A stretch of DNA of 63,322 nt, the filler included, from Lenisia limosa (taxonomy: Eukaryota; Protista; Breviatea), in NCBI GenBank assembly GCA_001655205.1. It is 10 parts of 10 records of this genome, joined end to end, with 100 filler letters (N's around TTAATTAATTAA, not from the genome) between each part and the next. Parts side by side here need not be neighbours in the genome. Positions count along the whole stretch, not along the records: positions 1 to 23,562 come from LPNZ01011668.1; 9 more parts are not named here. The stretch is one strand, 5' to 3'. Made by a program: the position numbers and the translations under genes. Shown here piece after piece: positions 1 to 12,270 of the stretch. Under the pieces are notes generated by a model. The model was not told the origin of the DNA. It worked only from the letters and a program-made list of their open reading frames with translations, and ran no database searches. Position 1 is the stretch's first letter. Every line of letters starts with the position of its first letter.

Positions 1-3000
1 GTGATTTGCATCAGTTTGAAAGCATCGCTTCGAACCTCAATCTATATGGTAAGCTGAGAGCCAGGAAATCCCTTACCAATTTAAAACAATATCATAGATA
101 CATGTATATATGTTAACCCATATTCACAAATGATATGATCATATGACCACCAGACTTGTCGGATCTCTTGATCCACTTCAATAATAACGTTACACAAATG
201 CTTAAGTCATATCAGCGTACCCTTGAACTGTTCGTCTCCACAAACCAGGTTATTGAGATAAGCGCCGAAAGGAGCAAGAGGGAACGCCACCACAAAGAGC
301 GTCACAAAACCAAATTGGACTATTTCTGTTAGATAGAATTGGGCAATATTGTTAGAGATAGTTCTATTTTTGTTAGAGAGAATTTATGTTAGAAAGAGAG
401 AATAGGACTCTTCACACAAATTCCGGAATTAACCTCTCGAAAACCTACGGAGAATCTCAGAAAAGTCAGCGAAGGTGTCATATTGGGCCAGCTTGCTCTC
501 GCGCCATGCAGCACTCTTCTTCATCAGCATAGTCTTCTTGCCCAGTGTGGAGACTGACCGCTCCTCGCGATTCCACCTTTTTGGAAAATGATGAGTAAAA
601 AATAAATGTGAAAATCAGCTGACTTGGGTCAACAATGAAAAATGAACACACACGAAGTTTGAAAGCAAAATGGAAATAACTCAACACTATTCTTTACTTC
701 GAAGCCCCCAAAGCCTACCACATATACACTTTGAACATGATGTAGGGGATAACGACCTCGGTGATGTTCTGCCAAAGTTGCCCTGAGGGGTGAGAATCGA
801 TTTTGTGGACATTAAGCGGGTATCTGAATAAAGGGCACCCTCACCAGCAATGATATAAGCACCAAGGGTCCAAAACAGGCGCTTCATCACTCCGGAAGAC
901 TGCGGGAAATTAATACGCAAGACTGCGGGAAATTAATACGCAAGACTGCGGGAAATTAATAAGGGGTGGGGGCATTCTGTATTTCTAGTTTATTTTATGT
1001 ATTAAGAAAGAAGAAGAAGCGAGAAACATATAACAATATAATATTATTATACACTATCACTATGACTACAAATCCATGTTTATTTTGAGAGACGTGGGGC
1101 AAACATTTTCGTGGGGGGAGAAGAAGGAGGCATCGGAGAAGGCAATCATGTACAGTGAGGAGAAGGCGGCAACAAACTGCACAATAATAGCCTATATGGT
1201 GAGTCGTTAGAACTGGGCAGATCCATGCATTGTTGCATCAAATAGCACCAATTTGATGTTAAATGAGATATCATGAGGGTGTATTCGTGAAAGTTCAGCA
1301 ATCACATGAAGAAATCGAAAGAATACATCAAGTGTCTGGTCGAGGCCGTACGCAATAGCATTAATAATAAGAAGACAGGCCCACTTTGGCAATCAGGGCA
1401 TTGTTAAACTGCTCATATGTCGGGTAGTTCTCCCACCTAAACATTATGAGTTGTCCAATAATGGTTCCAGGAACATAGCATAGTTACTTCAGTTCTCTTA
1501 TGATATGCCAGGTCAACAGCACTCCAACCTTGTCAACATTGTAGCAAACTTCTGATAGATGCTATTGATGATGGGGATGAGGACTCCATAAAGAACAGCG
1601 CCTGTGGTGAGTTCAGACAGTGTCATAATTATTATTTCTTCCTTCATGTTTGAACTTCAGTCCATCAATGTATCTTATCATCATACACACTAATCAATAT
1701 ACAATATAATAGTTTTTTTGGTTTTCTTCATCTTTCTCCCTCACCTGGTAAATACTGGTCAATTTTAGTATCCCCGGAGTTGCGGCTGTCCTCATCAACA
1801 ATGAAGAAGTAGTGCAAGAGGAAAACTGAAACGTAAAAAGAAACCTGATCCACTCAGCTGTTTGAATTCAACCCCAGTAATGACAAGCTAAACAAGGACA
1901 CTTCTTCCAAGTTAGTCCACGTTGTAATTTGGTACAACACAAAATTAACTCAACATTTGAAAACGGATACAATGGCCAATATTGATCGATCCGCAAACCA
2001 ATAGCGACAATCAGCACAGAAATGAGGGGCCAACTCACAGCCAAGGTCTTCAGCCTCCTCTTTCTACAGTGTCACTCTTAATACAACACAGAGTTGGTAT
2101 GATGATTAATCAGACAAAAGAGTAAGTTTAAAACAGCGCACTTTTCCTCACGTTGTCTTTTTATACTATACATATGTACATGGATGGATGTCACCGAGGG
2201 CATTCGTTCTTTATTGTGTTGTCAACAGTACGATGATTTAAAGGCAAAACGGAGCATATTAATAGCTGATTTGTAATACTATGTGATCTGTACGGCTTTC
2301 AGTATATTCCCACTTTGCAGGGTAGAAACGTTCGACTTCACCGGTGATGGGACTTTTCCTGAACTTTCCTTTGAACTGAGGCCGTCTCTCCTTCTGTCAA
2401 TGTAAATTCATGAATGAATATGCTCCGATGGGATGTCTCCTAATCCTATTTTGGCAAGGCTATGGAAAAACGACCGAGTCAAGTTGTAAGCGCTATACAA
2501 TGGTACAGTATTCGGCCAGTTGATCAGCAAACCTCAACCAGATGGTCGGTTCCAAGTACTCCCCATCTGAAGGACAGCTCAGCAGAGCGCCGCTTCCACA
2601 ACTCAACAAACACTAGGTGGTAAGAGGCAGGTGGGTGCACATGCAAGTGATATGATCTAAAAAAAAAGTTGTGTGTGGTTGTAGAAATAGTACAGAGGTA
2701 TTCAGTATGTGAAAATGAGACAAATTCATCATTACCTTCTATTCCAATAGATAACCCACAGACCTGTAGACCACGTTGAAACGAAGAGGGCAAACCACGG
2801 GGTGAAGGGGTTATCGTAATTCCCAGTATAAAGCGTGTAGACAAAGAGGGGGATTCCGATCACGGATGGGACTAACGAACATAAGTAACATGTGGAAAAC
2901 GACATTTTAACAGATCCTTCTTGTTTGCGTTCAATTGCTTCTTATGGAATACTAGTTATAATCCCTTTTGAATTCTATCACAGGCTACAGATAAGTTCTC

Positions 3001-6000
3001 TTTCTAAGCCCTCATACGAACAAGGTGTCGGGTTAGGAAGCCGAGGAAGGCAAAGTAAAAGGCGATCTCCTGGCCAAAGTAGTCGGAAATCTCGTCTAGA
3101 GAATGACAATGTATAAGAAAAGAGCTTCCTGTAGCATGGCAACAATAATACCCAACTCTCAACTAAAACCCTTAGTACCCAACTCTCAACTAGAACCCTT
3201 AATGTATTGCCAGCCCAGATACCAAGAGGCTGCCATCCAGACAGGAACGCCTTCAGCCAGTCCAGACCGGATCGGTCTTGGAGAAGCCAGACTTTACGAA
3301 GCTAAATGGTCACATGTCATGTGAGAGGCAACGAAGGGGAGGAAATCCAGATTTGTACAAATGTGATATAATATTGAAGGATTCCTGGATTTATTCTGTC
3401 ACTTCAAACACAAGCTCACATGTCTTAGGTCTTTCTTGGTATGGATCGGGAATATCTCTTCGAGAATACTGCCTTCCTTCAAATCCAAGGGGTCAATACC
3501 GGCACCACCTTCCTCAACTACAGTGTTATATCTGAAACTTCGAAGCTGTACATTTGGTGAAGGACAAGTATTACACTTGATACATGTTGAAGCATTATGT
3601 TTAGGGCTTCACTTCGGTTCGAAAAAGACTGAATTTCTGAATCGATATTTTCCCGGTATTTGTCGAACCGAAGTGACCCTAATTATGATACAAGGTGATT
3701 CCCGAATATCATTATAAAATCTAATAGATGCCCCCCCCCCCCCNNNNNNNNNNNNNNNNNNNNNNNNNNNNNNNNNNNNNNNNNNNNNNNNNNNNNNNNN
3801 NNNNNNNNNNNNNNNNNNNNNNNNNNNNNNNNNNNNNNNNNNNNNNNNNNNNNNNNNNNNNNNNNNNNNNNNNNNNNNNNNNNNNNNNNNNNNNNNNNNN
3901 NNNNNNNNNNNNNNNNNNNNNNNNNNNNNNNNNNNNNNNNNNNNNNNNNNNNNNNNNGTGATTAGACAATGCGTCACCAGTAATGATAACACACATCAGC
4001 AGTTTTCTTGAGTACCCTCACCAGCAGCTGTTTTCTTGAGTATTCTCATTCGTTCAGCCTCCGTAAGAAACCGATCAGGGGGAGCGCTGACTTTGACAAA
4101 GTAAAGAAGGCCGTCAAGACTCTTGAACTTTGTCAGCATAAGTCCGGCGTCTCTGGGGAGGGGGGTGAAGAAAAAAAAAAGCTAGAGCAAAACAAACAAA
4201 GAAACAAAAACACACTTCACACAAAATAAACCATCAGGCAAACAACATCCAATTAACCAATCCTATGTGCCACTACTACAGAGCACAAAGGGATTTTATT
4301 ATTGCAATAATATGTTAATTTTTGAGATGCTTTGGAAAACATAACAATCTTATTTATGGTTGTTGTATTTCTCGCAGTTATTGAGAGACCGAAACCCCAC
4401 CTAAGTTGATGAAGCAGTTCAACACGTTTGTCGAGCCGCTCCACACGCATTTTTTGAAAGTGCTGTAACCTGTGCTTTTGTCGGTATATCCACCCTGAGA
4501 CGTGAAGAACGCCTCAAAATTGAACAAAGCAAATCCAATAAATTGTTTGACAATTACACCATTCACTTCATAAAAATATAGCATGTTGAAATGTAAACAA
4601 AATCATATGGTTTCAAGATAGCTCCCACCTTGCTGCTGCAAATCGGCATCCTCAACTGGGAACGACAAAATGTACTCAAATCGCATTTCCGACTTCTCTC
4701 CTCCAGCCTCAATCACGGGATTTTTCTTTGACGTATCAGTATGGGTGCAATGGGAAAATGTTATCTAAAATCAAAAAAAATTGTGGGAGTTTTGATTTTG
4801 ATTTATTATAATACCAACGCTGATACTAAAAACTTGTACCTGTGTAAAGAATCTATGTAGCCCAAAATATGTTGAAAAGAGTCAAAATACCTTGAATGAA
4901 AGGAGGTCGGCTCGTATTCCGCTTTCCTCTTCAATGTACACCTAAAGTGTTACAGATATTCACTTATAAATAAATCATAACGCGCCTGAAATGCCTATTA
5001 CACTTATTATAGCCTTTAGGACCCCCCTCCCCTGGCCCCACACCTTCTTTAGATCAAGGTCTCTTTTACGTTCCTCTTCACTGAGTTCCGTTCTCAGTCG
5101 TTTCTAATTGGTCAGGTTAAGAAAAATAGAAAATTAGTTTGAAAATATGATGGGTAGCCAAATGATAGCCCTTCACTTGCTACTCAACTATCACCCACAT
5201 CGGTTCGAGATTCCCTCTCAGCAAGCTACACTTCCTACTATACACGCAATACCAATCATACCTGTAGAGCAAGCTGCTCCGAATGGCGCTGCTGCAGCTG
5301 AGTTGAATACGACTCCTTTGCCACTGCCGCTCTCTCGTTCAGCATAAACGTCATGATAGTTGATCGGCTTTCAGTGTTACTGTAAGGTGAGGAAGTGGCT
5401 CTGAGAAGTGGGTGAGAAAAAGCCTTTTCAAAATCTTGAGATAACGTTCTCTTTATTTGTTACAGTTAAGCTCAGGATTGGTCATCTCAACAACAAGGAA
5501 AGCAAGATATTGCTATCATTATCGATAAAAGAAACCACCTTGGCAAGGCATCTGAAAAGGAGCGCCGGCGTGCTGGAGAGGGGAAGGACTCCACCATGGG
5601 TATGTCCCTTCGGGGTGGCAGAGAAGAGGTCAGCTCATTGAAGGTTTGCTGGTAGTGAGGGGAGTTCAAGAACAGGGTTCTTAAAATAACATGTGAGGGT
5701 ATGCGGGAATGTTATTCATTATTGATATCGATAAAACAACAACCGCTGGATGGGTGTTAACTACTTAGCAAAACCAAACAACGGGGGTGAAAGCAACTAA
5801 TTGGATTCGTCCGAATACAGGGCTAGGTTCTATAAAAGATGGATTATTCGATAAATCAAATCCGAAAATTACTCCAATTGCTTACTTTGAGTAAAGACGA
5901 GTTTGAGTCTTCGCTTGACGCAACTGAGGCCTTAATAGGTGAGACGGGTGCAAAATACTGCTGAAAATCGGGATGCAAAAGAGAGAAACACAACTATGAA

Positions 6001-6961
6001 ATCACTCAAAACGTTGAGAACCAATGAGAGGGTGTGGTCAAAACAAGATCCATATAATACCTGTAGTAATATGTATCATACATATATTGAACAGAAGTGT
6101 GGGAAAGGCCAACCTGTGAAGGGGATCTGAAAAGGCCCTGTTCTTCAGGTGCCACTGGAGCAAGGTGCCGAATTCCGACAAATGACTGATGTGGTAAAAA
6201 TACATAGTGTCCCCTAATAGAGAGATTAATGACTACAATGATCAAGCATGATTTGAAATACTGTTACACCTCACCTGTTACACGGCAAAAGAGAAAGCCT
6301 AAAACCAACCTGGGTTCTTGGGGTGTTAATTTCTTCATCATTGTGAATAGCTGACCCTCCATCATCCGTAACAATGACAGGGATGGCGGAGACTGATGTT
6401 GATGACACGGCCCGATGGATTGGCAATGGCTACATTGTCAAAGACAGCACACTGAATGGCAACATTGTCAAACCGCACAATAAGAGAGTGGCAATTATGT
6501 ATTCTAAAAAGCTGAATTAGGAGATTATAAATAGGCACTTTAATTAAGGATGTTCATCTGGTTGAAGAATTTCTGAATAGTACTCAACAAAGCTTTTACA
6601 GTATTCTGGCTTTTGGACTAGCATCACTGATTGATATTCAAACCAAAATGTAAGGTGTCGAATCCATCACAAGCAAAGTCAAGCTATGGGATGGGTGTGG
6701 ACTATGATGCCAATACAGACGGAATATGATGATAATAAATTTCCATTTCACCTTAGTTGAGGGCGATAAGAGGTCCGGAGGGGGTTGCAGCTCCGGCAGC
6801 GGAGTGGTGACAGACACGGATCGGGGACTGCATTGCGGGGACGAACCCGCGAGAGTTGGCTCCTGGAGAGGGGGAGGCGAGCGTGGAGGGGTGATGGGAG
6901 GGGAACTGGTCCTCGTGTCGAGAGGATTAAGGTTTGTGGTTGATGATGACGGAGACGGCAT
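1..6961 (-). CDS. Anoctamin/TMEM16 family Ca-activated channel/scramblase (ANO10-like), more than 20 exons, 3' end runs off the window
   Basis: Manually spliced GT-AG exons give family motifs in the right order: IFPIH (~3440), WQPL|[19 protein letters not shown] (~3220-3095), [17 protein letters not shown] (~2610), [15 protein letters not shown] (~2380), [17 protein letters not shown] (1385-1436), [14 protein letters not shown] (~770), YDTFADFSE (~470), [21 protein letters not shown] (246-325), [10 protein letters not shown] (1-41). Putative ATG at 6961 opens a P/S-rich N-terminus. Confidence 0.92.
898..960. repeat. 23-bp tandem repeat (x~2.7) that triplicates an anoctamin 3' splice site
   Basis: gactgcgggaaattaatacgcaa repeated; on the minus strand this is attaatttcccgcag|tctt three times. 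Confidence 0.9.
3602..3681. mobile_element. hAT-type MITE, family A
   Basis: TIRs TAGGGCTTCACTTCGGTTCGA / TCGAACCGAAGTGACCCTA; flanks attatgtt / attatgat (7/8 TSD match); inside an anoctamin intron. Confidence 0.85.
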
Positions 6962-8361
6962 GGTGCTTCACGTCATGCTTCTTGCCTGGAAATATAAATT
7001 GCGACAATGCGATGAGGGGTACTGGTCATTGATGTAAAGCGCAGTGTTATTGAAAATAGAATTCATGCACAAACCTTCATAAAGAAAGACTATTATAACC
7101 ACAAATAATAATATTAATAAAAGGATAACCGGAAAGTTGCTCAATCCAAACGGAAAGACAAGAAATAATACACCTGAGAATACACAGAATAGTCAGTCTT
7201 TTCTACCCTTTCTGATAAAATTCAATAATTTATTGTTTCCAATGTTTGCAATAATCCTACCAATACGATTGAATGTCGAAGAACTGTGATTGGAATGTCA
7301 GATCGGATAATTTCACAATGGAAGTAGATTAAGGAAGGCTTCCAATCTTCCAAATCCGCTTATAATCAAAATAACGATACTAAAATGACAGAATGACGCG
7401 TGAAGAAGGCTTGTGGAGAATATTTGAAAGATTTTGCGAATTTATGGCCGGACCGGGATATATAAGGAGAAACTTTCAGATCAATACAAAGCCATCAAGT
7501 AGCATTATCGGTAATTATTTGAAACAGTATTATCATTAACGGGTTCCGCTAAATCTCTAAATTGAAAGTAGGAGAGTTGGTCTTTTACTTTTGCGTTATT
7601 TCCTTATTTAACCCAGCTAATTGTCGTTATATTATGTAAAATATAAATATTTTGAATCTTTGAAATGATTGTTCAATGTGATAAGCTCTATGTTTCTTCC
7701 CTTATTCCACATCCAGCATCCCTTGCCCGCTATAATGACTGAAGAGGAAGTAATTTCCATGGAATCTAGCAATGTGAGCGGTGTTTCTTGTTTCCCTCCC
7801 AGTCTCCCAAAGTGGTACAATTCAATTACAGGAGGATACACTTCACCTTCTAAAGTCCTCAATTTTGACCTCTATATTTTGAATTAAAAAAGAATAAACA
7901 GGCGAGAGGCTTTGTTGCCTTGACCCATCTTGATGTTGTGTGTTTCAGCTCTCTTTTTGGGTTTCCAAGGTGGCATTGGTCCGTCGATGTGTTTTTCTAT
8001 TTGTCCGCTGACCATCGGTTTTGAGATTGATCTCTTTGTCAATTTAGCCACTTGTCTACTTTTTTATGCAGTTGAATCTGTTGTACAATAATATTCTTCG
8101 AATTCATCTGGGAAAAATGTGTTCAATAATGATTTTTCAANNNNNNNNNNNNNNNNNNNNNNNNNNNNNNNNNNNNNNNNNNNNNNNNNNNNNNNNNNNN
8201 NNNNNNNNNNNNNNNNNNNNNNNNNNNNNNNNNNNNNNNNNNNNNNNNNNNNNNNNNNNNNNNNNNNNNNNNNNNNNNNNNNNNNNNNNNNNNNNNNNNN
8301 NNNNNNNNNNNNNNNNNNNNNNNNNNNNNNNNNNNNNNNNNNNNNNNNNNNNNNNNNNNNN

Positions 8362-11300
8362 GGCACTCTCAAGATCACTCTCACTGACCCCGAACAGGTG
8401 GGCATGGGGCACTTTGAAAATAGTAGAATAGTCTTGTTCACTGCCAGATGATTCAATTCAATAACCTGATTTTGTTTCCGCTCCAACTATGTCACCTGTG
8501 TATGTCTAGGGTTCACCTATGTGTTTCTGCTCCAACTATGTATGTGTCTAGGGTTCACCTATGTGTTTTGTTGGTTTCAACTAAGCGTTCAGGTTGACGA
8601 TGGGAAGAACAAATTTATCGCCTACACTGTAAACACTTCGGTAAACGGGCAGCAAAGTATGATTTTTGGCTACGTTCACTCTAAAAAGAGGGAGTTTGTA
8701 TTTTTTTTAGGAAACGTTGGAGANNNNNNNNNNNNNNNNNNNNNNNNNNNNNNNNNNNNNNNNNNNNNNNNNNNNNNNNNNNNNNNNNNNNNNNNNNNNN
8801 NNNNNNNNNNNNNNNNNNNNNNTGACACGATAATCACCACAATTGCACTTCTCGTGTTTTGATAGCAAGCAGTTTAAGCTCTATTTGATATAAGTACAAA
8901 AGGGACTTAATAACAACAACTCTATACCTTTGTTTCCCGCGTTATTCTTTAGTCCTCCATGCCCACGTATAACGCGGGTACGTATGTCCTCAGCCGTCGC
9001 TTCAGGGAGTTCATTTCCCTGAGAGAGCTTCTTGATATCAAGTATGCGGCGAGCGGAGGAGAGATGATGAATGGTGAAGTGAGAATAGGATGGTGAACAT
9101 CTTCATATTACAGGTCATAATGCTCAGATACCCCATGATTAATGCCCAGATACCCCATGATCATTGTGCCGCCGGCTCCGGAGAAGGCCCTTCTTGGCCG
9201 TTTCAATGTCGAGTTCGTTGAGGCTCGGAGAATCGAACTTCAAATGTGGGGGGTGAGATTGTAAGGTGTAGCTATGTAGGCCTTGTTTTATTTCTCATCT
9301 CTACAATATCATATGACAAACTTGTTTTTTTTTCTCTGGGGAGGCACGCAGAACTGTGTGCACAAAGTTGTAAGGCAAATGATTGGGTGAATCCAATATC
9401 TCTTATGAGCGTGACGGTGTGGACGGCTTCGGCCAGACCAACCTTGTTTTTTATTTCAATCTTTTTTCACCCCAGGTTGCTATATTTTATCCTTAACCTG
9501 GCTCTGGAATTCTCTTTCTTCTTCTTTTCCCTTTCTCCATCCTTCCTACTATTGGGCCCCCCATCCCCTCTCACTTCGTATCTGTTTGATACTTTGTGTT
9601 ATCTCAGGGTTTTGTTTTTTGTTTCAAAATTAAAAACAGTATTTTACTGTACGCTGGATGATGGGATGCGGTACTGNNNNNNNNNNNNNNNNNNNNNNNN
9701 NNNNNNNNNNNNNNNNNNNNNNNNNNNNNNNNNNNNNNNNNNNNNNNNNNNNNNNNNNNNNNNNNNNNNNNNNNNNNNNNNNNNNNNNNNNNNNNNGCCA
9801 CGCAGTTCTCAGATCATGCCCCGAGGTCCACTCCTTCCTCACCGGCATCAACCCCGAAGCCGTAGGCGATGGCAGACCGTGTTCTGAACCCCCTGTTATT
9901 TTATTTATAATGGTGTTTCCATTTTGTTTTGCTTTTTAATATCGAGCAAATTGTTTTCTATGTTAATAAACATTACAATTCCCCCTCGTCAGATTGTACC
10001 AATATAGTTGATTCTTTCATTTCAGCCATTAGAATTAAATGTTTAACAGAGTTGACTTTGGTGTTTGTTTCTACATCATATGTTTTCCATTTACCCCCCC
10101 CCCNNNNNNNNNNNNNNNNNNNNNNNNNNNNNNNNNNNNNNNNNNNNNNNNNNNNNNNNNNNNNNNNNNNNNNNNNNNNNNNNGCTCCAAGGGCGTCTTT
10201 GCTCCCGTGACGGGAGTGTTCTCCAAACTGGCCGAGAAGTTCCAAGGCACTGTGGAGGTTGGTGTTAGTGGATCTTCACTATAAGTGGAAAAAGCTTCTG
10301 CCGATACAACCTTATTTTTTATTTCTCATTGCTATATACTGTATATACTCTTCCGATTCTTATGAAACTCTCAGACACAAGCGTTGGTGCCCAGTAAATA
10401 ACGGTTTAGATTTCCAGCTGGGTTGGAGAACAGAACGCTGCACTCGAAGACCTTGAGAAGCTGTCGAAGTCCATCTCAACCGCCGCACAGAAGCTCGTAA
10501 CCCGCACTCGTGATCTTGCTGTGGCTTATTCGTGGGGGGGGGGGGGGNNNNNNNNNNNNNNNNNNNNNNNNNNNNNNNNNNNNNNNNNNNNNNNNNNNNN
10601 NNNNNNNNNNNNNNNNNNNNNNNNNNNNNNNNNNNNNNNNNNNNNNNNNNNNNNNNNNNNNNNNNNNNNAGATGTAAAGTGCAATGGACGTGGCACGCAA
10701 TGGTTGTCACTTCCCCCAAATCATATCTGATTTATGATCCCATTCATCTTCCATTTTCCTCTTTTTCTTCAATGCAAAAAATTCCACATTTGACCTCCTA
10801 GTGAGCTGTCATCGCACACCCTGGTCCTTGCCACGTCACCCGCCACTGAAGACATGTCGGAAGTAGCAACTCAAAGTGCCGACGCTGCCGATAAGGTCCA
10901 CACCATCCTTGTCGACACCTCCAAGACAGCTCTTGTCAACTTTGACTTGGTGTTGAAGGACATTGTCAAGGTCACTGCGGTCGCTAAGGTTGGCGGACGG
11001 ACGGACAGGACTATTCTGTTTGTATTTCTTATGAAGGGGCTACTTTATATGTAATGGCTGAATATTGTTATCACATTTTGAAACGTCAGCTTTTGTCTCA
11101 AAAAAAATGGCCGAATAGAGTGATAATTACTACCCCATTATGACGGCATAGGTTGTTCTCGAGCGCCGAGTTTCCTCAGAAATTGAATTCCGAAACCTGC
11201 AATCTAAGGTGAAGGGCTTTACTGTGGATCATGGCGGAAGACCTATCATAGTGTTTGATAATTGAGAATGTGAAAGATTCTGTCATATAGCTGTTAAATC

Positions 11301-12270
11301 AGAGCTCCCTTTGTTTTGGTTCTAACCATTGTTAAGGTCACCAAGAAGCGTGAGAGCTTTGAAAAGAGTCGCGCCAAGCCCGGCAAGGAGGAGAAGGCAG
11401 CTAAGGAGGAGCAAGAGGTGAACGGTGCTATCTTGTTTCTGATATCCGAAGCAGGCTATTCTTTGGGATTTTGTATTTTATCCGACTTTAAAATTTGAGT
11501 TAAGATTTCTTCTCAAAACTAGTCAGCCCTCACAATCCAGCTTAAGGAGCTCGAGGATAAGGAGGAGGAAGCATTGAACAGCCTCAACGACCTCGACGCC
11601 CAATGCAAANNNNNNNNNNNNNNNNNNNNNNNNNNNNNNNNNNNNNNNNNNNNNNNNNNNNNNNNNNNNNNNNNNNNNNNNNNNNNNNNNNNNNNNTTTA
11701 TCAAGAAATTTAGTTTTTTTCGAGCCCAAGATATAAGGAACGCAAAATGGAGTCGGTTGAATATGGCTTCTAAAGGGGGTGGTTGTAGTTAAAAAATAAG
11801 AAGTGATAAAGTGGTATTAATGTTTTGAATTGAAACCCTGATACACCGAAATCACATTTCGTTCGGTATACTTTTTGTTTCCTACTTCCCATTTGTTCAC
11901 CCCTCCCCTCATTGATTCGTAACTGTTTGACATTTTNNNNNNNNNNNNNNNNNNNNNNNNNNNNNNNNNNNNNNNNNNNNNNNNNNNNNNNNNNNNNNNN
12001 NNNNNNNNNNNNNNNNNNNNNNNNNNNNNNNNNNNNNNNNNNNNNNNNNNNNNNNNNNNNNNNNNNNNNNNNNNNNNNNNNNNNNNNGCAGCGATTTGAG
12101 CGGCCACTTCCAGGTACCCGGGCTTGGAGGAGATGTGGTACTGATGTTCATTCGTGTCGAAATGATGGAGTTAACATGAGGCATTTTTAGTCATCATTGG
12201 GGCTTGGGTGGATACGTATCAGCGTGGGTTATCAGTAAGTGATGGTGTTTACTGCATGTACATATGATAT
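8362..12270 (+). CDS. PX-BAR sorting nexin (SNX1/2/Vps5-like); 5' and 3' ends uncertain because of gaps
   Basis: Exons GTLKITLTDPEQ|VDDGKNKFIAYTVNTS|..SRRFREFISLRELLDIK|YPMIIVPPAPEKALLGRFNVEFVEARRIELQ..HAVLRSCPEVHSFL form a PX domain; then helical BAR-like exons (LVNFDLVLKDIVKVTAVAK|VVLERR..|VTKKRESFEK..). Confidence 0.87.
9338..9462 (+). repeat. Dispersed ~130-bp repeat, family B (near full-length copy)
   Basis: ggggaggcacgcagaa..ctgtgtgc..gtgaat..gtggacggcttcggccaga..caaccttgttttttattt; related copies near 10301, 12294, 16268, 21418, 36893, 45453, 46610, 47250, 58010, 61346, 62972. Confidence 0.85.

Noticed and set aside
1-332. Plausible plus-strand spliced ORF (DLHQFES..|[13 protein letters not shown])
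   Set aside because: Antisense shadow: the minus strand here encodes conserved anoctamin motifs.
3609-3996. ORF-track entries containing X runs
   Set aside because: They are open only because Ns have no stops; this applies to all such entries.
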